The notes beneath the pieces were generated by a model. It ran no database searches and had not been told where the DNA came from. It saw only the letters and a program-made list of their open reading frames with translations. Position numbers and translations under genes: made by a program. This document shows positions 50,542 through 63,165 of a DNA stretch of 64,000 nt, piece after piece. Source of the DNA: Gekko japonicus (Eukaryota); assembly GCF_001447785.1 (NCBI RefSeq), contig NW_015161427.1, positions 372,124-436,123 on the forward strand, written 5' to 3'. Numbering within the stretch: the stretch's first letter is position 1; every line of letters starts with the position of its first letter.

Positions 50542-51036
50542 CAGTGTTCCCTCTAAGCTGAGTTAGTGTGAGCTAGCTCGCAGTATTTTAGCCTCCGGCG
50601 CACACGTTTTTGTCTTAGCTCGGGAAGGAGGGCTCCAGAGCAAACTAATTTATGCAGTAGCCAAACTGCTCGCTCACAACTTTAATGCCAGTAGCTCACA
50701 AAGAGAGCCAGTTTGGTGTAGTGGTTAAGTGCACGGACTCTTTAATCTGGGAGAACGGGGTTTGATTCCCCCACTCCTCCACTTGCACCTGCTGGATGAC
50801 CTTGGGCAAGCCGTAGTTCTGAGAAGAGCTGTCCTTGAAAAAGTGCAGTTTCTGTCAGAGCTCTCTCAGCCCCACCGACCTCACAGGGGGTGTCTGTCTG
50901 TTGTGGGGAGGGGAAGGGAAAGGAGTTTGTAAGCTGCTCTGAGACACCTGTGGGTAGTGAAGGGCGGGGTGTAAATCCAATCTTCTTCACAAAGTAGAAT
51001 TTTTGCTCACGACTCCACAGCTGAGAGGGAGCCTTG
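50542..51036. mobile_element. hAT-type MITE copy split by a SINE insertion
   Basis: MITE halves 50542-50703 and 50987-51036. Confidence 0.9.
50704..50986 (+). mobile_element. Full-length Squam3-like SINE with TSD tcacaaag, nested in a MITE
   Basis: TSD at 50696-50703 and 50987-50994; A and B boxes present. Confidence 0.9.
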
Positions 51037-51075
51037 GTCCCTGGCACCTCCATACCCAGCCCTGGCCAGCGTGGG

Positions 51076-51282
51076 CAATGCTCCCTCTAAGCTGTGGAGT
51101 CCTGTGAGCAAAAAATCGTACTTTGGGGGCTACTGGCACTAAAGCTGTGAGCGAGCCATTTGGCTGCTGCATAAATCAGCTTGCTCTGGAGCCACCCTTC
51201 CCGAGCGGAGACAAAAATGTGTGAGCCGGCGGCTAAAAAACCGTGAGCCTGGTCACACTAACTCAGCTTAGAGGGGACACTC
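51076..51282. mobile_element. hAT-type MITE copy, inverted relative to its neighbour
   Basis: Both TIRs; opposite orientation to the 50542 copy. Confidence 0.9.
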
Positions 51283-51339
51283 TGTATCTCTTCCCCCCCG
51301 CCGCCGCCTTGTCTTCTGCCCCCCGGCGGCCAGCCCCAC

Positions 51340-51531
51340 CTTGCACTTGAAGGGCTTGACGGGCGAGTGCACAATCATGTGGGTCTTGAGGGTCTGCTTC
51401 TGCACGAAGGTCTTGAAGCAGATGTGGCACTGGTAGGGGCGCACGCTGGTGTGGATCAGCATGTGCCGCTTCATGTTCGCCTGCAGCGTGAACTCCCGGC
51501 CGCACACTTCGCACTTGAACTCCTTCACGCC
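51340..51531 (-). CDS. ZNF710: ZNF710 coding exon (C2H2 fingers)
   Basis: GVKEFKCEVCGREFTLQANMKRHMLIH...KPFKCK; 192 nt. Confidence 0.95.
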
Positions 51532-52078
51532 CTGCAAGCAGTGGGAGAGACCGAAGCTGGGCACCAAGATAGCCAAGGCCTCCTGCCCAAGGGGACCAAT
51601 GCCCACGGCAGGGAGAGGGCGGGAGCCCTGCAGCTGTCTCCCCTCCACGGGAGGCGCACGGCACCACGGGCAGGTCAGAGAGGGTGGGGGCCCCCGGCTC
51701 TTCCGTAGCCAAATGGCCGACTGTGCCTGGGGTGAGGAGCCCCGGTTTCAGGAGCCGGCAGGGAGAGCCGCTGCCCCTTTGGGGAATGACAGCCCCGGTG
51801 ACGGTTGGGCTTCTCTCGGGCTCCCGTGGCAGCCGCACCACGCACACAAAAACCCCGCCCTCCAGCCCTTCTCTGGGGCAGCCAAACATACCTCGGGCCC
51901 TCAGCGAGCCATCCTCTGGCCTCCCCTGGACACAAGGAACAAGGCGTGCCGTTTGCCCCGACCGACCTCCCTCGGCCCACTGTGTGTCCCCGCCGGCCCC
52001 GCCCCGCACGCAGCCGCCCCCTTTTGGCCCCCCCCCAGGCTCCTTAGGTGCCTCCCCACCCCCTCCCCGGCAGCCTAC

Positions 52079-53485
52079 CTTGTGGGTCAGCGAGTGCTGC
52101 TTGAGGTGGTGGATCTGGCTGAACTCCATGCCGCACTCGGTGCAGACGAAGGGGCGGACGTTCTGGTGCTTGAGCATGTGGTTCTGGAGCTGGCTGCGGT
52201 AGTGGAAGGCCTTGCTGCACTCGGGGCAGGGGTAGAGGGTGGGCCCCTGGTGGGTGGCCAGGTGGCGCTTGAGCTGGGGGAGGGTGGAGAAGTCCAGGCC
52301 GCACTCCACGCAGACGTGGCAGCGCCCGCTCTCGTGCTTGCCCTCGTGGGCCTTCAGCTCGCTGGGGTAGGCGAAGCCCCGCCCGCAGAAGCGGCAGCTG
52401 TAGGGCTTGACGTCGGAGTGGAGCAGCATGTGGCGCTTGAGGTGGCTGGTCTGGGTGAAGGCCTTCTGGCACACCTGGCACTTGTGGGGCCGGGTGCCCT
52501 GGTGGGTGAGCAGGTGTGTCTGCAGGTGGCTGGGCTGCTTGAAGAGCTTGCCACAGTGCGGGCAGGAGTGGGGCTTCACCCCGTTGTGGCCCAGGATGTG
52601 GGTCACCAGGTTGTACTTGGAGGTGTAGGACTTCTCGCACAGGCGGCACTGCCAGCGCTTCTCCACCAGGTAGGAGTCGTCGATCTGCACATTGATGTCC
52701 AGGCGGTCCAGCTGGGCCTTCTTGCTCTGCTCGCCCGGGGCCTCCGCCTCGAAGTCCAGGGGCTCTGGCCACACAAAGGCCGCCCGGCTCTGGTCCGGCG
52801 AGTCCGGCAGGGGGGGCTGCTCCGCGGGGTGGCTTGGGGCCGGCAGGGGAGCCGGGAAGCCGTCGTAGCTGCCGGGCAGGGCCTCCGCACTCTCGGGGGC
52901 ACTGGCCGGTGGGGGGCTGGGGGGCCCCTCCTTGAGGTCCCCAGGGGAGAGTTCGTGGCGCGGGGGCCTCCGGAGGCGCCGCGGCTTCCGGCTGAAGGTG
53001 CTGAGGTCAATCATCCTGGGGGTGCTGCTCTGGACGGCCTGGTCGGGGCCGGGCTCTTCCACACAGGCCGGGGGGCTGCGGGGCTCCTCCTCCCTCTCCT
53101 CGCTCAGGGCCGCCAGCTCGGGCTCCGCCTCGTCCGGCTCCCCCTCGCCCCTCTCGTGCTTCACTTTGGGCACCAGCCTCACCGGGGGCCGCTTCCTCCG
53201 CCGGGCGTGCTTCCCAAAGAGCGCCTCGGCCTCCGGGCCCTCCTCCTCCGGCGAGTCGGCCTGGCCTCGGCCCTCGCTCTCCTGGGGACAGCCCCCGCCC
53301 GGCTGCTCCCGCCCCACCATCGCCGTGTCTTCCGGCTCATTGGCGAGGCCCGGGAAGAACCCGCCGGGACTGACGGTGGCCCCAAACACCTCGTTCTCCG
53401 ACACCAAGCCCAGGACCGCGGCCTGGGCCAGAGACAAGACCACGACGGCCTCCGTCTGCGTTCCAGAGTCAGCAAAGCGGTCCAT
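52079..53485 (-). CDS. ZNF710: ZNF710 first coding exon (acceptor at 53515; an in-frame upstream ATG at 53497 is possible)
   Basis: MDRFADSGTQTEAVVVLSLAQAAVLGLVSENE N-terminus plus 7 C2H2 fingers ending SLTHK|gtaggc; synteny with IDH2 distinguishes it from paralog ZNF366. Confidence 0.95.
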
Positions 53486-54582
53486 GTCGCACACCATCAA
53501 GCACGGCGGCCGGTTCTGCAGAAACGAGGGAGGGAAGCCGTCAGCCCGTCTGCCAGAGGCGCCTCCTGGGCCACCGTAGGCCCCTAGAACCCCCTCCCCT
53601 CAATGGGCAGCTCTACATTTGGGGGGGGGGCTTCAAAGAAGTCATTGTAAAACCAGCAGCGAACTCCTGTAACCCCAAAAGCATCAGCCACCTCAGGCCT
53701 TTCTAAGGCCAACCGAAATACCTCAAATCAGGAGCAAGCTTCGAGCCCCACAGAACTCCCCTCTGGACTGAGCCCAGAGGGAACCCCTTCAGGGAAACCC
53801 TCGGCGCAGGCAGGCCCGGGAATCCCCGGGCACCATACCATCTTTGGGCTGATAATGTCAGGAATGGCCTTTACATTCAGGAGCTTTTATCCCAAAGGCA
53901 ATATCCCGTTTCCTCTGATCTCCTCCGAGTGCCCTATTGTCAAGTCATTCATGATGAGTTTACACAGGATCACCTGAATTAGCGTGGTCTTCTTGACGAA
54001 GGGGAAATCTTGGGTGGCAGAGCTGGGCATGGGGGTGTTGGTGGTGTTGAAGCACCAACCCCACACACCCTCTGCCCCCCCAGCCCCTGACAAGCCAGCA
54101 AAGACCTATCCTACAAAGAAACGCCTCCTCCTACAAATGGGAAAACATCCTGGCCCCACTAGGGCTGCATCCTCGCTCCTGGGAGAAACTGCTGCCCTAC
54201 CAGAACCTCTGCTTTCCCCATCAGGTTTACATTTATTTATTTGTTCGATTTATATCCCGCCGTCCCTGCAAGCGGGCTCGTGGTGGGTAACGACAGAATT
54301 TTTAAAAAACCATTAAAACAAATTACCCCACAACAAATTGCTGGAAAGATGGCAAAATTATACAAATTTTTGGCCTTGGGAAGGTCTTTTAAAACCAGTT
54401 ATTCACGCTTCAGGTAAAGGACTCAACAAAACAGAAAACTTTCAGTGATCAGTGAGTGAGCCAGCCAGCCAGCCCACAGCTCTAGGTGAGAAAAAGGGAT
54501 ACCTGCCAACATAGACCCTAAGTGCTGGATCCCGGGAGCAGCCCCCACCCCCACCAGTCACCACACCAACAACGCCCCTGGG

Positions 54583-54785
54583 CAATGCGCCCTCTAAGCT
54601 GTGGGGTCTTGTGAGCACAAATTCCACTTTGTGAGCAATGGGCCTTGAAGTGAGCGAGCGATTTAGCTCCTGCATCAATTAGTTTGCTTTTGAGCCGTCC
54701 TTCCTGAGCTAAGATGAAAATGTATGAGCCGGAGGCTAAAAAACTGTGAGCTAGCTCACACTCACTCAGCTTAGAGGGAACACTG
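54583..54785. mobile_element. hAT-type MITE copy
   Basis: Both TIRs; TSD cccctggg / ctcctggg. Confidence 0.9.
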
Positions 54786-56839
54786 CTCCTGGGTCAACCC
54801 CACATGGGATCCGGCAGGCCTCCCCAGTGTCTCCCGGACACCAAGCACCTTCTGCAGCACGGGGGGGGGGGATGGCCTGCCCTGTAGGTGCCCCCCCAGC
54901 TCTACCTGCTCCTGGGGACCCCCCTGGAGGGAAGGGAGCCCCACCACGCCCAGCCCGCCCCTCAGACAGCTCACCTGGCAGAGGAGAACCACCCGGCCTC
55001 TCCTGCACACCCTCCCCCCAGTGGCCAACCAAAGATCAGCCTGGGCCCCAGCAGACCCGCCCCCCCCATATCTTCTCCCCCAAACCTAAAGGCCCAGCAC
55101 AGCCTGCCCCAAATGGCAGCACCGCTTCAGGGCTTCCGGTTGCGCTTCCTTTGCAACCCCTCCCCCCAAACACTCTGCCATGGAGCCCCCCTCCCCAACC
55201 CTCCCCTCCCTCTCCTTCCCTTCCCTGCCTCTCTCATTCTTTCCGTTTCCCTAGCAACCCCTCCCCCCCCCCTCCCTCCTTTGGGTGTTTCTTCTCTCCT
55301 CCCTCCCTCTTATCTCCCCCTTTTCTCTCTCATCAACTGCCCCCCCTTTCTCTCTTACTCTAGAGGAAAGCCTCCCCTCCCCTCCCCATTGTCGTCTCCA
55401 GGTGGGATCTGTCTGGAAGCGCCTGGGCCACCTCTCACCCCCCCCCACAACCTCCCAGGGCGGTCCCTCCTGCCCAGGTACTGGGGAGGCCCTCTCCTCC
55501 TCATCACCTTCTTCACCTGAGGGAGTTCCCGCCCCGACCCTCTGGCCTGGCTGCACAGCACCCTCCCTCACAGCCACGGGCATCCGCAAGGGTCGTCCCC
55601 CCCCCCCGGAACAGCAGTGGCGTGCCTGCCCAGTGGGGAACGGGGGGTGGGGGTGCACTCAGCTAAGGCAGCTCCCCTCTTTTGACAACTTTGGCCCATT
55701 GTCCAAGGCTGTTTGAGAAGCCCTACTGATCGAGTGCCCTTTCTCCCGGGTGAAAAGGGCCGGTATGTTTACGAAGGGCCAGGAAAGAGATGCTGGGAAC
55801 GAGGGCGGAGTAGAAGATGGGCGTCTTGTGAAGGGCGCAGCTGTCTGGTACCAGGCAGCCTCAGGGCCAGAGACGGTCACCCAGACGGGGCCATTCAGCG
55901 CAAAACTTTGCTCATCCCGAAAAGTCTGCCAAACCCAAGACCTGCTAACCGGCCGAGAAGGACAGAGGAGGGCCCAGGATCGGGGCGCTCTGCCAGACCT
56001 TGTCTAATTACTAAATTCTAATTAACAGGAATAAGCAGAACTAGCCAACCCTTTAAGCAGCGCACATCCCAGAGCTGGCTGGGCCCTGCCCAACACAAAA
56101 AGCCATCCTTATGACACCAGCCGCCCCCACAGGTGTCCTCAGTTCCACCCCCATACATGTACTGTGACCTCCAAGCCACGCAGAGACAGCCTGAAGAGAG
56201 CCCCCCACCCCCCCATGCCTCCTCCCCCTACACACTTGTGGCTGCCCTTGGGGCAGACTCACAAGGGGCCAATGCAATCCGATCAATGGGGAGGATGTCA
56301 GAAGTGGCCAAGCCAACAGGCCAAGCAGCGGCCTCCTCTTCCGACTCCGGCCTCCACCTGCACCCAGGAAAACAGAGGCGGAAGCGCCAGGGCCCACTGC
56401 AAACCGTCTGGGAGAAGCAGACCCCATTTGGGGGCAAGGATGCAACTTGGGGTGTGTGTGGAGAGATCTGCAAAGTGGATCTCCTCCTCGCAGTTTCTTT
56501 AGCCGTGAAAAGCGACGGAACAAGGGGTGGAACGGGTCCAAATTGGATTGGGTGTGGGGAGCCAGTGGGGTGGGGGACGGAGCTCTTCCCCCCTCCCCGG
56601 GTAAATGCCCCCGGAACTGCTGTTTGCCTTGAGAGGGAAAAGACCGGGAGAGCAGAGGGGCTTTGCCATCTTGCAGAATTCTGCTCAAAGACAGCTCCGT
56701 CTCTGCCTTGAAAAAAGGTCTTCTTTTTTTTTTTTGCTTAAATAAATGGGAAGAAAGGGAGAGAGACTTTCAAGCTCCCCCTTGCACAAACGACTTCTCT
56801 TCCTTCATGTTCCCTGTCCGCTCTGAAAATAGAAAAGCT

Positions 56840-57045
56840 TTAAAAAAAGGGGGGGGGGAGAGGAACTGAATAGAGGAACGAGGAAAGAGAAAGAACTGGA
56901 GCCTCAAGGGGGTGGAGAGAGAAAGAAAGAAAAGGGATGAAAAATAAAAGAGCGGGGGAAGGGAGCGAGGGAGAGAAAGAGAGAGGGAGGCAGAGCGGCA
57001 GCACTGAAAAGAAGAAAGGACAGAAAGAAAGAAAGAAAGAACGCT
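56840..57045. repeat. Purine-rich low-complexity tract including (gaaa)n
   Basis: Nearly pure A/G on the + strand; a pyrimidine-rich tract also occurs at about 55190-55390. Confidence 0.75.
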
Positions 57046-59174
57046 CCCAGGCTGTGCCCAGCGAAGGGGGGGGGGACGCGAGGGAGGGGGAGCCCTTGTA
57101 AAGGACCAAGCAGCCCCACACAATGACCCCTGGCTTCACAGGGGGTGCCAATCACCCACCCCCCATCCTCAACTCTTTCTTTTTTCTTCCATTCCCCCTC
57201 TTTTTCCAGGGAGAGGGGAGGAGGGAGAGGGGGGGAGGGGGATTCTCAAACGGGTAGGAAAATAAATCTGGCCAAAGGAGAGACGGAGCCCTTTTAAAGG
57301 ACCCTCATCTTAGGACCCACACACACACACACACATAATGACAAAAAAAAAAAAAAAGCCCTACATCTCCTTTAATAGACAGAGCTCATCCACCCATTGT
57401 GGGAAAGGCCCTGTCTTCTAAACAGTAGGAAACAACACCTAGGCGAGGCCGGAGTCCTGTGAGCCACATCCCAGCTCAGAGCAGGTTCCTTCCCTTGAAA
57501 CTTCCCAGCCAGATGGGGGAGGCCTCTGTCCAACCCGCCCCACAAGGACTCCCACAGGCAAGAAGGAAAAAGTCCCACCCACCCCACCCCCCAAAATGGC
57601 TCCCACCCACCCATCCAGAAACACTTCTGGCTCACTCAAGGGCTGCTTGGTTCACCAGTGGGGACGGAAGAGTAAGCAGGCCGCTGCCCGGAACCCTTCT
57701 TGCACCCCTCCAAGGGCCCAGGGTGAGGCGGGGGCTAGCCTGCACGGGAGGGGGGGGAGCTGGCGCTCAGCCTGGAACAGCTTGCTGCTGAACGCCAGTA
57801 CTTTGGGGAGAGTGCCAGGAACCCTGGAGTTTGGGGAGCAGGCGGACACCACCTGTGGACGGGGAAGGGAATCAGAACACACACAGAGTTCTATCTAGGA
57901 CTGCATTTGATCTAGTTTTTTTTAATTGATCTGGTTTGATTTTTTATTGATCTGGTTTTATTATTAATTGGAGTTTATAAATCATTGGCTTTTGACTGGA
58001 CTACTACAGTGGTTGTTTTATTACGGCTTTTGGTTTATTTTAATAATGTCTTATTTATATTGCAAGCCGCCTTGAGTTCTGCGAGGGAGAGAGACGGCCG
58101 GATAATACTTTAAATAAATAAACAGACGTGGACAATCTCACAAATGCTTATCCGTGGAGTTGCCTTTGAGACAACCAGGGATTGTCTTAATCCTTTTAAC
58201 GTGAAACCACTTATAAAACACTGGACAGTTTACAAATTATTTTACAAAGCTCTGCCTTCACTACAGCACACACACACACACTATTTAGAAGACACTGCTC
58301 CGTTATTCCTGAGCCACAGTGGGACATGCCTTCTATTCTAGGCCAGTTTTCGAGGGCTGGGAGGGAAGGACGCCTCCCTCATCCTTCCGCCTCTGTGCTT
58401 CAGGGCAGCCCCGGTCTCTGCCCCTCCTGAAGGGGGACAGCCGCCCCTTCCACTCTCTCTGCCCACGCAGATGCTCAAGAGCCATCTTAGGGAACCTGCT
58501 TGGTAGACCTGACCGACGGCTCCAGGCTTTGCCCTATACGAGGCTGCTCGGAGAAGCCCCGCCCTGACAAAGCGGGCTAAGCACAGGGGCCTCCAGAACA
58601 AGAGCCCCCCCCCCACTCTAATCTTGCCCCAGTCTGCCAAGACTAACTGGGCCCTCTTTTGGGGAGGGGCAGAGCTTCCCCAGAGAGGGCCCAGGAGGAC
58701 CACAGCAGTTGCCTTAGGAACGGACACCGCTGGACTGAACGGCATTAGAAGACATCAAACCAACCCCCTAAACAAGGACGAAAGAGGACGCCACCTTCTC
58801 CTCATCCAGCGGCTCACGAGCCTCTGGGGCAAAGACAGCCAGAAGCCCGTGAACGGAGGTGGGAGAGACTGGCCAAGGGGAACAAGCCTCAAGGAGTGCC
58901 GGCCTGCCCTGTGAGCGAGATCCGCAGCAGAGCCAAGGGAGCCCAAGCAGGCCCCGCTCCTCCACTGCTCCCCCCCCCCATATGCCGGTCTCAGTGGCAA
59001 AGAACGGAGCCCACAATTCTCTTCCTCACGAAGCACCCAGAGGCGGAGGGCAGAGCTCCAAGCGTGCATCTGATGGGCAGGGCGTGGAGTCGGATCGAGA
59101 CCACGCTGCTCCCTTGCAAGCTGCCCTTTGGTTAGCCGCTTGTGAGGATCACACCTGACCTGTTCCATAACTCC

Positions 59175-59392
59175 CGCAGAACAAAGTTTGAGTCCTGTTG
59201 TGGCACCTTTAAGACCAACCAAGTTTAATTTTGGGCATCGGCTTTCGTGGGCATGCACATTTCTTCAGATATCTGACACCGCATGCGTGCACACGGAAGC
59301 TTATCCCCAGAATAAAACTTGGTTGGTCTTAAAGGATCCAAGCTTTGTTCTCTTGCTTCAGACCAACACGGCGACCCACCGGAATCCATGAT
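59175..59392. mobile_element. Penelope-like terminal fragment with inverted arrangement
   Basis: gcacctttaagaccaaccaagttt...aaacttggttggtcttaaagg; relatives at about 24590, 26615-26770, 29985-30155, 39270-39560 and 62985-63165. Confidence 0.7.
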
Positions 59393-61804
59393 GCCCAAGT
59401 CTTTTATATTGCTTGGGCTTCACATTTCCAGAGCAGCACTGGAAGCCCCCGGAAGCTGAGCCCACCACCCAGAAATGCCTGAGGCCAGCTAAGGCAAAGC
59501 CTCTTCCCCCACCCCACCCCAGGAAACCCATTTAAAAATCCTGAACTCCCCTCATCAAAATGCCTCTCTTCCGCAGGGTCACGCCCAATACAGACCACAA
59601 AAAGTTTAATCCATGAGAGCGAAGAGAGATTCCTATCCGACTGCAGTGGAACGTGAAAAGTTCAGCCCAAGAACACAGGCATCGGTAAGTCATGTCTGTC
59701 TGGAAGTTTGCAGGACCATGAAATCTGGTTTTCAGCCTTAAAGCTGGATGGCATTGTCTCATTGTCCAAAAAAAAAAAAAAAAGGTGCCTGAGACATTCA
59801 GGAGAGCCTCTCTGCAAAAATCAATCAATCAATCACGGCTCATGCAGGGAAAAGCTCATCTCTGAACACGACAGAGCCAAGGAGCAGCCGGAAGAGAAGT
59901 CGCTCCATTGGACAGAACCAGCCGGGACCCTTAAACGTGCTAAACAAAGCATCGCTGGCTTGTCTCACCCTCCCCACTGAGAGGTTACTACCAAGATTTT
60001 TCAAATGGAAGGACAACTCACACACCACAGAGAGCCCGCCAGCCATCGCCTCGAAATCAAAGCTAGAGCTTAGACACTTCTGGAACTTCTGTGTCCACCC
60101 TCAGGCCAATCATTACTGCGCACAGATTAGCAGGGGACTTTCTTCGGGGGGAAAAACCCTTGCAAAAGGGGTTGCAAAAGACAGTGAATAAATGAAGGCT
60201 GAGTCAGAAACAGGAGAGGACATCCCTCTCTCAGCCTCAGAGAGAACGAAAGCGGCACAATGGAGAGACTAGCTCTTTCCAGTCCTTCTGCGTCCTCCTC
60301 TTAACTTCACTGCTGTCCCCCAGAACTCACAGAACCCCGAGTCCCTCTTTCCCCCTCACAAAGATCCACAGAACAGCTGCCATACTGGATCCCGGGAGAG
60401 AGTCCTACTCCCATGGGAACACTCCCCCCCCCAGCAGGCATCACTCCGGAATGAGCCCCCCCCCCCCCCCAGCCAAGCAGGCCAAGCAGAAGTTCCACAA
60501 GCAGCAAGACCACAAGCAAAGGCAGCAGCTGACCAGCAGGAAGGAGAAGGTACCCAAATGCAAAACAATCCACAGACAAGGAAACAGCAGACACATCTGG
60601 CATGGGGGGGGATGCTGCAAAGTACCCGAGGAGAGGCACAGGCAGAAGCTGCCTCGGAGACCCCGGCACAGGGACTGCGAGGAGCCAGAATGGAACAGGA
60701 AAGATAAAATTAGAACAAGCAAGGAGCCTTCCTCTGGTCTTTCTAGCACCTTCCTCCCCTCTGCATTCTGGCTTCTGGTCACCTGGGAGGGCCCCTGCAA
60801 ACCAGCTCCTTCGTTCGCAGGGAGGGAGACATGGGGGGGTGGGGGCTTGTTCTGGATGTTTTGATCGGGAGACCAGAAAAGCAGCTGCGGTTTCACACAC
60901 TTCCCGGTCATGGTGAGACCCTCAACAACGCAGTTCAAACCTTCAGCATTCTGAACTCTGGATCGATTTTCTCCCAGCTTTAAAGAACAGCAATGCGCGT
61001 CCAAACACCAGCCAGACAAAGTCAGAACTGAATCAACCTCTCTTGACTATACCACATGAAATTGCTAAAAATAAATAACAGCAGTAAGTAATCTCTAGAC
61101 GTCTCTGAGACAGATATGGTTCTGGTGTTTCTGCTTCCACCCCTGCACAAAGGAAGGGCTTTGAGGGACCGCAGACCCCGTGGACAACCTAACTGATCCA
61201 GAAGGATTTTGCCACCAGAGAAGTTTGCCAACGTTCCCACCAAAGACAATTGTCCCGATAGGTATTTCTATGCAGTGTTGCCACTTCCTCCCACTAGTTT
61301 GGGGGCAGCAGCTTCCTTGACTCTGCGCCAGCAGAAGCAAATATGCTTGACTTGATATTCTGTCTTCAACTCTGTACCAGCCATACAGCCATTCGGGGTA
61401 AACACTTTGCTGACACTCTCTGAAACAAGGCACTGCTGACCGGGAAAGAGACCCGTCAGAAACAACAACACACCCTACAATAGGCCAGAAAGCGCTCGCA
61501 AGGGAGAGAGGCAGAGGTTTGGCTTCTGTCCCCCCCCCCCAAAAAAAAGGCAGGCAGCAGGCCAAGATGCGGCAGACCAGGTGGAGGAAGGCCCTCTTGT
61601 CTCCCCACGGCCAACACACACGGAGGCTGGTTGACTCAGAGTTCCCACCGGACTCATCAGACACATCCAGGAGGGGAAAGGGGCAAGAAACTCCTGAGTG
61701 GGAAAAGGGCACCCTCCAGTCACGTTCCAGGCAAGGTGATGGAAGGGCGGAGGAGCTGTTCTCCTCAACGCCCGGACAGCGGAGGCCCTGCAAGAGCTGT
61801 TGTG

Positions 61805-62077
61805 AGGAGGAGAAGAACAAGAAGAAGAGTTGGATTTATACCCCGCCCTTCCCTCGGAGTCTCAGAACGGCTTACAGTCTCCTTTCCCTTCCTCTCCCTG
61901 CAAGAGGCACCCTGTGAAGCAGACAATGCCGAGAGAACTGCTCTTGAGAGAACAGCTCTGAGAGAACTGTGGCTGGCCCAAGGTCACCCAGCTGGCTGCA
62001 AGCGGAGGAGGAGGAGTGGGGAATCAAACTTGGTTCTCCAGATTAGAGCCCGCCGCTCTTAACCGCGACACCAAACT
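61805..62077 (-). mobile_element. Squam3-like SINE
   Basis: tRNA head, body, (ctt)n tail. Confidence 0.85.
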
Positions 62078-62557
62078 GAGTAGCCCTGTTCCCCTCCTGC
62101 CCTTTGTTGACTCAGGCAGTTTTATTTCTGTATTCCCTCCCCACGAGGCTCCAGTGCAGGAAGTGAAGCAGGCTGGGAGGAAAATGCTGCAATGAGCAGA
62201 GTGCAGAGGGGCATGGCAGGGCTGCGAAACCCCCCCCCCCCAGTGCTCCATTTTTAATTTGCAAACAGACTCTCTCCCCCCCCCCACTTCAAGATCCCCG
62301 GAAAGGATGAAATGTTTCCTCCCACCTCCTTGGGCCTGCCCCACAAGAAAGGGGGGAGCTTCTTCCTATCTGCCTGGAGGTGAGCAGGGGAAGGTCCTTG
62401 GGGAGGTGGAGCCATTCCCAGAGGTCTTGTCCCAGTTGCCCCCGGGGGAGGGGGGGAAGAAGAAGATGAAGGCAGAACAGAGGAGTGTCCTATTGGACGA
62501 AAGAAGAGACTGAAGATTTGTGATAACTATATGTAAAGAATAACCAATGTTTGGTGT

Positions 62558-62832
62558 AGCCAGTTTGGTGTCGTGGTGAAGTGTGTGGACTCTGTTCTGG
62601 GAGAACCGGGTTTGATTCCCCACTCCTCCACTCGCAGCTGCTGGATGACCTTGGGCAAGCCATAGCTCTGATAAGAGCTGCCCTTGAAATAGAGCATTTT
62701 CCATCAGAGCTCTCTCAGCCCCACCCACCTCACAGGGTGTCTGTGGTGGGGAGGGGAAGGCGTTTGTAAGCCGCTCTGAAGACACCTTCGGGTAGTGAAG
62801 GGCCATGGGGTAGAAATCCAATCTCTTCTTCT
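62558..62832 (+). mobile_element. Squam3-like SINE
   Basis: tRNA head, body, (ctt)n tail. Confidence 0.85.
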
Positions 62833-62984
62833 GAATTCTCTCCCACCCTCTTTTTGTACAAACAGGAAGGGGAAAATGCAGAGACAGAAGGTTCTTTCCT
62901 TGAGGGAAGGAGTGCTCCTTGATCATTGTGACACAAAGAAGGCCCCTTCCTGCCACACTGGGACCCCCACCGGTGACTCTCTAG

Positions 62985-63165
62985 CCAGGGGCACCTCTGA
63001 GACCCACAAAGTTTTGCTTTCGTGCATGCAGGCACACCTCTTCAGAACCAGAAGGGTGCATGCACACCAAAAGCTTGCCTGCAGAATAAACCTTGGTGGG
63101 TCTTAAAGGTGCCCAGTCTGGACTCAGACTCTGCAGCGTCAGGCCAACTTCAGTCCATCCACCAG
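62985..63165. mobile_element. Penelope-like terminal fragment
   Basis: Same family as 59175-59392. Confidence 0.7.

Noticed and set aside
51449-53587. 712-aa + strand ORF
   Set aside because: Antisense shadow of the GC3-rich ZNF710 exons; non-ATG start and no domain
53945-53985. C/D-box-like motif ATGATGA...CTGA
   Set aside because: Only about 27 nt long and antisense to the host intron
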